A DNA stretch of 61,790 nucleotides, counting the filler. It is 6 parts of 6 records of this genome, joined end to end, with 100 filler letters (N's around TTAATTAATTAA, not from the genome) between each part and the next. Parts side by side here need not be neighbours in the genome. Positions count along the whole stretch, not along the records: positions 36,621 to 53,186 come from SRR20825010_5736; positions 53,287 to 57,805 come from SRR20825010_5737; positions 57,906 to 61,790 come from SRR20825010_5763; 3 more parts are not named here. One strand, written 5' to 3'. Both the position numbers and the translations under genes were made by a program. The notes beneath the pieces are model-generated. The model was not told the DNA's origin, did no database searches, and worked only from the letters and a program-made list of their open reading frames with translations. Positions 49,477 to 59,893 of the stretch are shown one piece after another; the stretch's first letter is position 1, and the number at the start of each line of letters is the position of its first letter.

Positions 49477-50805
49477 ATGAAAACGTTGTTGAGCGGTGCA
49501 TCCTGTGCCGTACTTGTCGCAGCCCTTGCTTCGACAACAGTCCTTGCCTTGCCAGATGGAGTGAAGGCAGGTGAATTTGACGGTGTCACCATTGAGGCCA
49601 AGCTTATTGGTGGTCAGCAGTATGAGGCGCTGTATGCCCGTATTCCGGAATGGGAAGAGGCAACCGGGGCAAGCGTTGCAGTCATTTCGAAAAAAAATCA
49701 CTTCGAACTTGATAAGGAATTCAAGTCTGACATTGCTGCAGGGACAACCGACTGGTGTGTCGGATCGAACCATTCATCCTTTGCGTCACAGTATCCGTCG
49801 CTTTACACGGACCTGACGGGGCTGATCGGTCAGGATGTTGTTGATGAGTTTGTTCAGGCCAATATCAAGGCTGCGACTTTTGATGGCAGACTTGTCATGT
49901 TGCCGCGTGCACAGTTTGACGTTTCTGCATTGTATTATCAGAAAGATCTTTATGACGACCCTGAGAACGCCAAGGCGTTTGAAGCAGAATATGGCTATGC
50001 GCTTGCCGTGCCGGAAACCTGGGAACAGGTAAAAGATCAGTCGGTGTTCTTTGCTGATCCGCCGAACTTCTATGGCACCCAATATGCGGGCAAGGATGAA
50101 GCAATCGTTGGTCGTTTTTACGAGATGGTCGTCGCTGAAGGCGGTACGCTGTTTAACGATGATTTCTCCCCGGCGTTCAATTCCGATGCCGGCAAACGAG
50201 CGCTTCAGTGGTTTGTTGATCTTTATCAGGCCGATGCTGTGCCTGCCGGGACGACCAACTATCTTTGGGATGATCTTGGCAACGGGTTTGCGTCCGGTAC
50301 GATTGCACTTAATCTGGATTGGCCGGGTTGGGCCGGGTTCTTTAACGACCCGTCGTCATCAAAAGTTGCGGGTAATGTCGGTGTCGCACCGGCACCAAAA
50401 GGGTCCGCAGGTGTCCGTACCGGTTGGTCCGGTTTTCACGGCTTTTCTGTGACAGAGGACTGCGAAAACAAAGAAGCCGCAGCATCCCTGGTCGATTTCC
50501 TGACCAATGAAGACAGCCAAAAGCTTGAAAGTTCTGCCGGGCCGCTGCCATCGCGCACCGCGGTTTGGGATCATGTCTCTGAGCAGGCGAAAGGTGATGC
50601 GTATCGCAGCGAGGTGCTTGCCGCCTTCAAGGAAACGGCAGCAACAGCCTTTGCCGTGCCGCCGACACCCTATTGGATTGAGTCGACCAACCTGATTTAT
50701 CCGGAACTGCAGGCTGCAATTCTTGGTGACAAGACTGTTGATGAAGCTCTGAGCGACGCGTCAGAAGCAGTTGACGAGCTGATGCAGGAAGAAGGCGTTT
50801 ATTAA
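49477..50805 (+). CDS. Carbohydrate (CUT1) ABC transporter substrate-binding protein
   Basis: Signal peptide; LYYQKDL, PETWEQ and AFNSDAG. RBS ggagg. Confidence 0.9.
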   Translation: MKTLLSGASCAVLVAALASTTVLALPDGVKAGEFDGVTIEAKLIGGQQYEALYARIPEWEEATGASVAVISKKNHFELDKEFKSDIAAGTTDWCVGSNHSSFASQYPSLYTDLTGLIGQDVVDEFVQANIKAATFDGRLVMLPRAQFDVSALYYQKDLYDDPENAKAFEAEYGYALAVPETWEQVKDQSVFFADPPNFYGTQYAGKDEAIVGRFYEMVVAEGGTLFNDDFSPAFNSDAGKRALQWFVDLYQADAVPAGTTNYLWDDLGNGFASGTIALNLDWPGWAGFFNDPSSSKVAGNVGVAPAPKGSAGVRTGWSGFHGFSVTEDCENKEAAASLVDFLTNEDSQKLESSAGPLPSRTAVWDHVSEQAKGDAYRSEVLAAFKETAATAFAVPPTPYWIESTNLIYPELQAAILGDKTVDEALSDASEAVDELMQEEGVY

Positions 50806-50824
50806 AACGCCTCTTCATCGCAAA

Positions 50825-50856
50825 CGGATGGCGCAAACAGGGATTTGCGCCATCCG
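50825..50856 (+). other. Intercistronic stem-loop after the SBP gene
   Basis: Perfect 13-bp inverted repeat cggatggcgcaaa/tttgcgccatccg with no U-tract. Confidence 0.65.
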
Positions 50857-50915
50857 ATCCATCCAATCAGAACGCAATGCATGGGGTCCTCCATGCCGAT
50901 CCACGGGACATTCTG

Positions 50916-51812
50916 ATGAAGCGCTTGAAGCTGCCGCCATGGCTGGTTCTGTTGATGCCTGCCATTATCATCCTATCGGCCGTCGTGCTGATTCCGCTGT
51001 TATTGTCACTGTATTCCAGTTTCACATCCTACAGACTGACCCGGCCTGACAGCCTGTTTAACTGGGTCGGATTGTTTAACTATGAAAAAGCAGTAACCGA
51101 TGTGAAGTTCTGGGCCGCATTCGGACGGACGGTTCTGTTGCTTGCCGTGGCCCTTAATCTGGAAATGCTGTTTGGTCTTGGTCTGGCAGTGATGATTTCA
51201 AAGGTGACACGCGGGCAACGTGCATTGCGCACGATGATGATGTTCCCGATGATGTTTTCACCAATCCTTGTCGGTTTCCAGTTCAAGTTCATCTTTAACG
51301 ACAATGTCGGTCTGGTGAACAATGCGCTGCAGTCACTGGGCATTACCGATACCGCCATTCCGTGGCTGGTGGACGGGAACCTTGCAATGTTTTCAATCAT
51401 CTTTGCAGAGGTATGGACGTCCACATCCGTTTTCGGGATTCTTATCCTAGCCGGTCTGTATGCGATCCCGCGTGACCCGCTGGAGGCTGCAAAGGTCGAT
51501 GGATGCACACCGTTCCAATCCTTTCGGTTCGTCACCCTGCCGTTCCTGATGCCGTTTATCTACATCGCGATGGCTATTCGTTCGCTGGATGTCGCACGTG
51601 CATATGACATCGTGCAGATTATGACCAACGGTGGTCCGGCGCGACGGACGGAACTTCTTTGGACGTTGATCGGACGAACCGGCTATGTCGATGCACGCAT
51701 GGGGTATGCCAATGCGATGGGTTATATCTCCATCTTTCTGGCGATTTTCTTCACCATCTATTTTTTCAAGAAACTGACCGCAGCTCGCAAAGAGCTTGGG
51801 ATGGGGGTGTAA
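50916..51812 (+). CDS. Carbohydrate ABC transporter permease (MalF-like)
   Basis: WVGLFNY, EAA loop EAAKVDG and TNGGP. Confidence 0.92.
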   Translation: MKRLKLPPWLVLLMPAIIILSAVVLIPLLLSLYSSFTSYRLTRPDSLFNWVGLFNYEKAVTDVKFWAAFGRTVLLLAVALNLEMLFGLGLAVMISKVTRGQRALRTMMMFPMMFSPILVGFQFKFIFNDNVGLVNNALQSLGITDTAIPWLVDGNLAMFSIIFAEVWTSTSVFGILILAGLYAIPRDPLEAAKVDGCTPFQSFRFVTLPFLMPFIYIAMAIRSLDVARAYDIVQIMTNGGPARRTELLWTLIGRTGYVDARMGYANAMGYISIFLAIFFTIYFFKKLTAARKELGMGV

Positions 51813-51815
51813 GCC

Positions 51816-52682
51816 ATGGCAACCAATACCAATCATCAAACGCGCCGTGTTGCCCTTAAATGGATGCATTCCGTCGGTCTGTTTCTGGCCATGATGGTGC
51901 TATGTGTTCCCGGTCTGTGGGTCGTTTTGAACTCATTCCGCCCGACTGTGGAAATCATGGCAAAGCCACCGGTCTGGATTCCCAATGATCTTAATCTTGA
52001 TCATTATCGTGCCATGTTTGGCGGGATTGGCGAGGGCAGCGTTCCTGTGCTGACCTATTTCACCAACTCGTTGATCATTTCGGTGACATCAACCGTGATT
52101 GCCATCTTGATCGGTATGGCAGGTGGTTATGCATTTGCCCGCTACAAGTTCAAGTTCAAGGGGGGCATTTTCGTTGGCCTGATGGTTACGCGTGCCGTGC
52201 CGGGGGTAGCGCTTTCGCTGCCATTGTTCATTCTGTTTGCCCGGATTGGCATCATTGATACCCATATCGGTATGATCCTCGTCTATGTCGCCATGAACGT
52301 GCCATTTACGGTATGGCTGATTGACGGGTTCTTTCGCCAGGTTCCGCCGGAACTGGCAGAAGCAGCCGAGATTGATGGCTGTACCCGTTGGCAGGCGTTC
52401 TGGCGCGTGGAGTTCCCGGTTGCCCGTTCAGGGGTTGCATCAGCAGGTATCTTTGCCTTTCTGACGTCGTGGAACGAATACGCGCTGGCATCCCAGTTGA
52501 CCCGTTCGACGACATCCAAAACCATGCCTGTCGGGCTTCTCGATTTCACGTCTGAATTCACCCTGAATTGGGGGGGCATGTGTGCTCTTGCGGTTTTGAT
52601 GATTATTCCCGCGCTCATCCTCACATTCCTCGTGCAGAAACATCTCATTGCCGGACTGACGTTCGGTGGTGTGAAAGGATAA
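51816..52682 (+). CDS. Carbohydrate ABC transporter permease (MalG-like)
   Basis: NSLIIS, AGYAFAR-type, EAAEIDG, SWNEY and GGVKG. Confidence 0.92.
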   Translation: MATNTNHQTRRVALKWMHSVGLFLAMMVLCVPGLWVVLNSFRPTVEIMAKPPVWIPNDLNLDHYRAMFGGIGEGSVPVLTYFTNSLIISVTSTVIAILIGMAGGYAFARYKFKFKGGIFVGLMVTRAVPGVALSLPLFILFARIGIIDTHIGMILVYVAMNVPFTVWLIDGFFRQVPPELAEAAEIDGCTRWQAFWRVEFPVARSGVASAGIFAFLTSWNEYALASQLTRSTTSKTMPVGLLDFTSEFTLNWGGMCALAVLMIIPALILTFLVQKHLIAGLTFGGVKG

Positions 52683-52686
52683 TAAA

Positions 52687-53186
52687 ATGGCTCAAGTCCA
52701 CCTTCGCGATGTCGTCAAGAAATATGGCGTGCTTGAAGTTGTCCATTCCATCAATCTTGATATCGCCGATGGCGAATTCGTGGTGCTGGTCGGCCCATCT
52801 GGCTGTGGTAAATCGACCACTCTCAGGATGATTGCCGGACTGGAAGCAATTTCGGGCGGAGACGTCCGGATTGGGGATGCAGTTGTCAACGATTTGCCCC
52901 CGCGAGAGCGCAACATTTCGATGGTTTTCCAGAACTATGCGCTTTATCCGCATATGTCCGTGCGTGAGAATCTTGGGTTTTCTCTCAAGATTTCCAAGCG
53001 TTCGCAGGACGAAATCGACAAGGCAGTTAATGAGGCGGCCGAAATTTTGTCTCTGACGCCGCTTTTGGATCGCAAACCTGGCGCACTGTCAGGTGGTCAG
53101 CGTCAACGCGTGGCGATGGGGCGCGCGATTGTGCGTCATCCGGAAGTCTTCCTGTTTGATGAACCGCTTTCAAACCTTGATGCCAA
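52687..53186 (+). CDS. Carbohydrate ABC transporter ATP-binding protein (MalK/UgpC-like), 3' truncated
   Basis: [27 protein letters not shown] and [10 protein letters not shown]. Confidence 0.95.
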
Positions 53187-53286
53187 NNNNNNNNNNNNNN
53201 NNNNNNNNNNNNNNNNNNNNNNNNNNNNNNTTAATTAATTAANNNNNNNNNNNNNNNNNNNNNNNNNNNNNNNNNNNNNNNNNNNN
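53187..53286. other. Artificial contig spacer
   Basis: N-run with TTAATTAATTAA. Confidence 0.98.
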
Positions 53287-53557
53287 CTTTTTAAACTCCA
53301 CAATCACATTAGAACACTTTTGTATTGGCGCACCCGCAGGCCGGGTATTGCTATCCTAGCACATAAGTTTCGTCCTTCCAAAAATTTCTCAAAAGGTCCA
53401 TTTTTTGATAGAAAACACGACACGATGTCACAGTTAATTCATAATATTTCTGAAATCAGGTAGGTGATCGATACAGGCTTACGTTATATTTCTGTAAATC
53501 TGCTGAGGTATTTCACCACACAACATATCAACATCACCTGATTAAGGCAGCCGCTCA

Positions 53558-54295
53558 ATGACGACGAACTACGATCCCATCGCCGAGCAATACAAGCGTT
53601 CCAAGCAACAACCCTGGCGGACGTTCATTGAAGGTTACACGCTACTGGAACTGGCCGGTGATCCGCAGGGTCTGTCCGTTCTGGATGTGGCGTGTGGTGA
53701 AGGATTTTATACCCGCATGCTCCGCGAACGTGGGGCCACACGAGTGATGGGCGTCGATCTGTCACAGGGCATGATTGAACTCGCACAGAAACAGGAAGCG
53801 CAGAACCAGCAGGGAATTGACTACATTGTTGGAGATGCACGGGAACTGCCAGTCGCAGAACAGTTTGATCTGGCTGTCGCCGCTTACCTGCTCAACTATG
53901 CCCGCACGCGTGACGAACTGCAGTCGATGTGCAACGGCATCGCGAATGCGTTGAAGCCGGGCGGCAGGTTTGTCACCGTGAACAGCAGCCCGATGTTTCA
54001 CTTCCCCGGCAGTCCTTCATTTCGACACTTCGGTTTTGAAACGTCTGCCAGTTCTGACTGGCAAGAAGGCACGCCGATCACCTGGACCTTCCACCTCGAT
54101 GATGGCCCGTTTGATATTGAAAACTATCACCTGACGGCCGACACCCACGAGGCCGCCTTTCGCGAGGCTGGTTTTTGCGAGATTCGCTGGCATTCTCCCC
54201 AACTCTCACCGGACGGCCTGACAGACAACACGCCGGAATACTGGTCCCCCCTGCTTAATAATTCCCCCATCACGTTCATTGAGTGCGTGAAATAG
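53558..54295 (+). CDS. Class I SAM-dependent methyltransferase (ToxA-like)
   Basis: VLDVACGEG, GVDLS.GMIELA, FDL...AYLLNYA, LKPGGRF and AGF..IRW. Confidence 0.85.
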   Translation: MTTNYDPIAEQYKRSKQQPWRTFIEGYTLLELAGDPQGLSVLDVACGEGFYTRMLRERGATRVMGVDLSQGMIELAQKQEAQNQQGIDYIVGDARELPVAEQFDLAVAAYLLNYARTRDELQSMCNGIANALKPGGRFVTVNSSPMFHFPGSPSFRHFGFETSASSDWQEGTPITWTFHLDDGPFDIENYHLTADTHEAAFREAGFCEIRWHSPQLSPDGLTDNTPEYWSPLLNNSPITFIECVK

Positions 54296-54375
54296 TTTCC
54301 ACCGGGAAGCAGACGTCCCGATCTTTGCACCAGAAGAATTTTCCCTAACAGTTATTCGTCCCGACAACAGTTGTC

Positions 54376-54404
54376 TTGACAAGTATTGTTGAGACCAACA
54401 TAAT
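54376..54404 (+). promoter_or_regulatory. Sigma70-type promoter TTGACA-N17-CATAAT with overlapping palindrome TGTTG-agac-CAACA (putative MarR operator)
   Basis: TTGACA 54376-54381, CATAAT 54399-54404, dyad 54387-54400. Confidence 0.7.
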
Positions 54405-54411
54405 GACGGGC

Positions 54412-54912
54412 ATGACAACACCGGCGTCCCAACCCAATACGGAACAGGTACACTTTGACTCCCCCGAACAGGAAGTCTATCTCCAGCTCTGGCGGACTTA
54501 TGACTGCCTGAAGGCCCTCGAAGAAGCTCTGTTCGTGCAATATGACCTGTCGGCGCAACAGTACAACGTACTGCGTCTGCTGCAGGCCGTCGCGCCGGGA
54601 ACAATGCAGACCATGGAACTGGGACGAAGGCTGATTTCGCGTGCGCCCGACACCACGCGGATGCTGGATCGGCTGGAAAAGCGTGCTTTAATCCAGCGCA
54701 GTCGGCTCCCCGAGAATCGGCGCGTCGTGGAAATTGCCATCACAAAACAGGGACAGGCTCTGCTGGAAAAAATGGCGGAAGCGGTACTCGACATGCATCA
54801 GAGCCAGCTGGGCCATCTGACCGCGGCCCAACAGAAGCAGCTTGTCAAACTGTTGAAACGCACCCGGGAACCGCACGAAGATGCCAGCTGTGACTGGCTG
54901 GAATCGGAATGA
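54412..54912 (+). CDS. MarR family transcriptional regulator
   Basis: LSAQQYNVLRLL, PDTTRMLDRLEKRALI.R and NRRVVEIAIT.QG. Confidence 0.92.
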   Translation: MTTPASQPNTEQVHFDSPEQEVYLQLWRTYDCLKALEEALFVQYDLSAQQYNVLRLLQAVAPGTMQTMELGRRLISRAPDTTRMLDRLEKRALIQRSRLPENRRVVEIAITKQGQALLEKMAEAVLDMHQSQLGHLTAAQQKQLVKLLKRTREPHEDASCDWLESE

Positions 54913-54967
54913 TCGACCGGGCAGCGCGGCTGGTTCGATCGGTGTAGAAGTAACTCGAGAAACTGAG

Positions 54968-56047
54968 ATGGCAAATCAGGCGTGGCGTAATTCGATGCGA
55001 AAGCTGTGGCCCTTTGGTCTGTGGTTACTGGCTTTTTATACCGCCTGGCTGACGATCATTGTCGCCACTGATGGCTGGCAGTCACTGCAGCATCACTGGC
55101 CGATCGCGCTGGCGATGGCATTAGGTTCGTACATCGCCGGCTCGACTCCCATGGGTGGGGGGACCGTGGGTTTTCCCGTCCTGGTCCTGTTGTTTGATAT
55201 GCCCGGTTCCCTGGGACGCAACTTCGGACTGGCGGTGCAGTCGATCGGCATGGTCTCGGCCAGTATCTATATTTTCTCGGCACGACGTCCGCTCGACTGG
55301 GGACTGTTACGCCCCGCGCTCGTCGGTGCGCTCATTGGCACACCTCTGGGAGTCGCGTTTGTTGCACCGTTTGTACCTGACTTGTGGGTCAAGCTGACGT
55401 TTGCCGTCGTCTGGTGCAGTTTCGGCATTATGCATCTGCTGAAAATGCGCGAGCTGGTGTCTGCGACGGGAGTCAGTAATCGCTGGCGGAAGTATGACCG
55501 GCTGCTGGGCCTGGCAGTCGGTCTGTCCGGCGGCATCGTCGCTTCCATTACCGGCGTAGGCATCGATATGATGGTGTATGCGACGCTGGTGCTGCTGTAT
55601 CGCGCGGATCTGAAAATTGCGATTCCGACGTCAGTGGTCATCATGGCGTTTGCGTCGGTCGTGGGAATTTCGACGAATGCGATTCTGTCGCGCATCAATC
55701 CCGGCCTGTATTACATGGACCCGGAAGTGTTTGCCAACTGGCTGGCAGCCGCCCCGATTGTGGCATTGGGTGCGCCCTTCGGTGCGCTGGTGGTGAATCT
55801 GATCCCCCGCACGCCGACACTGCTGCTGGTTTCACTCTTGTGTATCGGCCAGTTCCTGTGGACGATTGCGCATGAAGGCGTCACCGGATTGGTCCTGCTC
55901 TGCGCGGTGGCTGGTGTACTGGCTGTCAACGGAGTCTTTCACCTGCTCTACCGCTGGGGACGCAATGAAGGTGCCTTCCCGGTTCTGCAATCGAACGTGG
56001 CAGAAACATCGGCCGTTCAGCTCGCCAGTGATGAGAACGCCGGCTGA
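54968..56047 (+). CDS. Sulfite exporter TauE/SafE family membrane protein
   Basis: AGSTPMGGGTVGFP, QSIGM, GVGID, AIPTSV and AAPIVALGAPFG; many TM helices. Confidence 0.8.
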   Translation: MANQAWRNSMRKLWPFGLWLLAFYTAWLTIIVATDGWQSLQHHWPIALAMALGSYIAGSTPMGGGTVGFPVLVLLFDMPGSLGRNFGLAVQSIGMVSASIYIFSARRPLDWGLLRPALVGALIGTPLGVAFVAPFVPDLWVKLTFAVVWCSFGIMHLLKMRELVSATGVSNRWRKYDRLLGLAVGLSGGIVASITGVGIDMMVYATLVLLYRADLKIAIPTSVVIMAFASVVGISTNAILSRINPGLYYMDPEVFANWLAAAPIVALGAPFGALVVNLIPRTPTLLLVSLLCIGQFLWTIAHEGVTGLVLLCAVAGVLAVNGVFHLLYRWGRNEGAFPVLQSNVAETSAVQLASDENAG

Positions 56048-56203
56048 AGTATCGCTACTCTGAATTTCTGCAAATCAGAAAACCTCACAAATCATTCCGA
56101 TACAGCGATTCCTGCTTGGCTCATGTAATCTTGTCGAGTATTATGAACGACAACAGTTCTAAGGCTACTCCAACCAGTTGACGTTCAGAAGAGAACCGAA
56201 TTC

Positions 56204-57805
56204 ATGAGCAATGCGAAGAAGCTGGAATCGATGCTCGAATTCCTGTGCAATGATGTTTACGAGGTCCTTTCAGTCAATCTCGACAAGGTACTGGAATATA
56301 CAGGCCCAGGTAAACTGGCAGAACGTATTACGGGACTGTTGCAGTTAGCCAGTCAGGACGAGGGTGCACTCCTCAAACCAATAATTAATGCTTCTGCAAT
56401 CAACAGTGTTCTCACAATTTTACACAACGGCATTCTGACCGATACGGAAGTGGACGACTCAGAACTGCAGATCTCTGCGGAATTGATGAAGTATTCCCTG
56501 CATCGCTTCAGTTTCATGGAAGATTACAAACAGTATCTCTATGGCTGTAATGCAGAAGAATTTCGGGAACTATTGATCCAGTGGGAAGCAGACAACAGCT
56601 GGCTCGGAGGTGCGATTTTTGACGGTGCGGTGATTGAACCTTTTCGATTGCTGGTCATGATTGCCTGTGATATCAAAAAAACTCCGGCTTTATTTCAGTC
56701 TTACAGTAAAATCCTGCTGCTGACGGCGAAAATCATCCTGAATGCCAATGGAATTCAAAAGGAAGATCAGACGTATTTTGCTCAATTGAGTAAGGGCCTG
56801 TCCGAGATTGAAGCAGCGATCTGTCAAGACCTGGAGACCGAAGCTGAGCGACGCAGCACGAAGGAGTCAGTTGGTTCCGAGAAGATAACCAGTCAGATCA
56901 CTCCCGAAGAATCTTTAAAGCAGGGGCTGCAGGAACTCAATGCGTTGATCGGTCTGGATGCGGTCAAAGCGGAGGTCACGCGAATGGCCAACTTTCTGAA
57001 TATCCGCCAGCAGAGACAGTCGCAGGGGATGCCCGTCGCTTCGCAGACGCTGCACTTCGTCTTTACGGGAAATCCGGGAACCGGGAAAACGACGGTGGCC
57101 CGGATCATCGCGAAGATTTTGTACGGTTATCAGATTTTAAACACCCCGAATTTCCTTGAAGCCGACCGGGCAACCATGGTGGGCGGCTATATCGGTCAGA
57201 CGGCGATCAAAACCAATGAAGTCATCGCGAAAGCCACCGATGGCGTGCTGTTCATTGACGAAGCCTACACGCTGGCGAAATCGGGTGGCCAGGATTACGG
57301 CCAGGAAGCCATCGACACGATCCTTAAGAAAATGGAAGACCTGCGGGAACGCCTGGTCGTCATCGTCGCCGGCTATCCCGTCGAGATGGCGGAGTTCATC
57401 GAATCCAACCCGGGTCTGGAAAGCCGCTTCAGCCGCTATATTGTGTTTGAAGATTACCATGTCTCGGATCTGTGTCAGATTTTCGAACTGATGTGCAACA
57501 CCAACGCGTATCAGTTAACGCCCGCTGCCCGCGGCAACCTGGCAATTCTGCTGAACCGGGTCTTCACCGACCGCGATCAGAATTTCGGGAATGCCCGCCT
57601 GGTCCGCAACGCCTACGAACGTACGCTGGGCAATCATGCCGACCGCCTGTCGATGAGCAGTGAGCCGATCACCCGCGAAGCACTGTCGACCATCGAAGCA
57701 ATTGACCTGCCGTTCCGCATTATAAAAGGAATGACCGGCCCCATCGATTTGAGCAACTCCCACTGGCGGGTGCACTGCCCCCACTGTGAGAATGAAACGA
57801 ACGCC
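56204..57805 (+). CDS. AAA+ ATPase, CbbX/SpoVK/EccA family, with an N-terminal helical domain and C-terminal CxxC; 3' truncated
   Basis: LIGLDAVK, HFVFTGNPGTGKTTVA, GVLFIDEAY, VIVAGY, NPGLESRF and FGNARLVRN. Confidence 0.88.
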
Positions 57806-57905
57806 NNNNNNNNNNNNNNNNNNNNNNNNNNNNNNNNNNNNNNNNNNNNTTAATTAATTAANNNNNNNNNNNNNNNNNNNNNNNNNNNNNNNNNNNNNNN
57901 NNNNN
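57806..57905. other. Artificial contig spacer
   Basis: N-run with TTAATTAATTAA. Confidence 0.98.
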
Positions 57906-57906
57906 A

Positions 57907-59883
57907 CATTGGAACTTGGCACCCTCCAACCCAAAAGTATTGGCGGACAACGGAGTCGAGTTTTCCATCACCCTGCACGGACTCAAGTCTCCAAAAGATT
58001 TAAAAGACAAAATAATGAAGGCTATTACTTATGGTCTTCCAGAAACCAAAGCACTAGAGGCCCTTACCACAATCCCTGCTTCAATATTGGGTAAATCCAA
58101 TGAAATAGGGTCCTTGCAACCTGGTAGCCAAGCCAATTTCCTGATTACCTCTGGCGATATTTTCGACAAAGGGACTACTCTTTATGAGAACTGGGTACAA
58201 GGAACCAAGAATATTGTGGAGAGCATGGACGTAATCGATATTAGAGGTGATTACGACCTTACAGTTAACGGAAGTACATATAAAGTTTCCTTGACTGGCG
58301 ATGCCGATAAACCAAAGGCTGAAATCAAAAAAGGAGAAGAGAAGGTTGATTCCAAAATCGACTATTCCGCCGACTGGCTAAATATATCCTTTAGTGATGA
58401 CAATATCGGTTCTTACCGATGGGTAGCACAGGTTATGCCTGGCAACAACAGCATAAAAGGCACCATAGTCCTTCCCAATGGAGATGAAACTACCGCTACA
58501 ATGACCAAGACATCTCCTTTTGAAGAAAAAGCAGAAGAAGATGAAACCGCAGAAAAGCCACAGCTTATGGCCGTTACCTATCCAAATGTAGGATATGGTT
58601 TTAAAGAAAAACCCAAACAGGAAAGTATTTTGTTCAAAAACGCCACAGTCTGGACCGGGGAGAGCATTTTGGAAAATACAGATGTGCTGATCAAAAACGG
58701 GGAAATTTCCAAAGTTGGAAAAGACCTAAGAGCTGGAGGAGCCACAGTTGTTGATGCTACAGGTAAGCACTTAACGGCTGGAATTATTGACGAGCACACC
58801 CACATTGCAGCATTGGCCATTAACGAAGGGGGACACAATTCATCTGCCGAAGTACGTATGGAAGACGTAATCGACCCCAAAGACGTTGCCATTTACCGCG
58901 ATTTGGCGGGAGGTGTTACCACTGCCCAGTTGTTGCACGGTTCAGCCAACCCGATTGGTGGGCAATCCGCCATTATACGAATGAAATGGGGAGAAAGTGC
59001 CGAGGATATGGTATTTGACAACTCACCCAAGTTCATCAAGTTTGCTTTGGGAGAAAATGTAAAGCAGTCCAACTGGGGCAGCTACTCACGTTTCCCACAG
59101 ACAAGAATGGGAGTTGAACAGGTGTATACCGACTACTTCCAACGCGCCAAGGAATATGATGAAAAGAAAAAGAGCGGAGAGCCTTATCGCCATGATGAGG
59201 AAATGGAGACCTTGGCCGAAATATTGAACGGAGAGCGTTTCATTTCTTGTCATTCCTATGTACAGAGCGAAATCAACATGATGATGAAAGTCGCAGAAAA
59301 GTTTGGTTTCCGAGTGAACACCTTCACACACATTTTGGAAGGTTACAAAGTAGCCGACAAAATGGCCGAGCATGGAGTTGGTGGAGGTACATTTAGTGAC
59401 TGGTGGGCCTACAAATACGAAGTGAACGACGCCATTCCCTACAATGCTGCCATCATGACAAGCCAAGGTGTGACGGTTGCCATCAACAGCGATGATGCCG
59501 AAATGTCCAGAAGATTGAACCAAGAAGCGGGCAAGACCGTCAAATATGGAGGGATGTCAGAAATTGAAGCTTGGAAAATGGTCACGCTGAACCCAGCCAA
59601 ACTACTTCACTTGGACGACCGCGTAGGAAGTATCGAGGAAGGCAAGGATGCCGATGTTGTGCTATGGAGCGATCATCCATTATCCGTTTATGCAAAAGCT
59701 GAGAAAACTTTGATTGAAGGAAAAGTATATTTTGACTTGGAAAAGGACAAAAAACTAAGAGAATCCATCAAAAAGGAACGTAACCAGTTGATTGGAATGA
59801 TGCTGAACGAGAACAAAAAAGGAGGAAAGTCCAGAACTCCTGTGCAGAGCAAGAAAGAAGAATTTAATTGTGACACCCTTTAA
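57907..59883 (+). CDS. Amidohydrolase family protein (large, two-domain type), 5' truncated
   Basis: GIIDEHTH, GGVTT, HGSANPIGG, KFALGEN, HSY, HILEG, NSDD and GKDADVVLW. Confidence 0.88.
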   Translation, partial: HWNLAPSNPKVLADNGVEFSITLHGLKSPKDLKDKIMKAITYGLPETKALEALTTIPASILGKSNEIGSLQPGSQANFLITSGDIFDKGTTLYENWVQGTKNIVESMDVIDIRGDYDLTVNGSTYKVSLTGDADKPKAEIKKGEEKVDSKIDYSADWLNISFSDDNIGSYRWVAQVMPGNNSIKGTIVLPNGDETTATMTKTSPFEEKAEEDETAEKPQLMAVTYPNVGYGFKEKPKQESILFKNATVWTGESILENTDVLIKNGEISKVGKDLRAGGATVVDATGKHLTAGIIDEHTHIAALAINEGGHNSSAEVRMEDVIDPKDVAIYRDLAGGVTTAQLLHGSANPIGGQSAIIRMKWGESAEDMVFDNSPKFIKFALGENVKQSNWGSYSRFPQTRMGVEQVYTDYFQRAKEYDEKKKSGEPYRHDEEMETLAEILNGERFISCHSYVQSEINMMMKVAEKFGFRVNTFTHILEGYKVADKMAEHGVGGGTFSDWWAYKYEVNDAIPYNAAIMTSQGVTVAINSDDAEMSRRLNQEAGKTVKYGGMSEIEAWKMVTLNPAKLLHLDDRVGSIEEGKDADVVLWSDHPLSVYAKAEKTLIEGKVYFDLEKDKKLRESIKKERNQLIGMMLNENKKGGKSRTPVQSKKEEFNCDTL

Positions 59884-59893
59884 AAAATAGACC

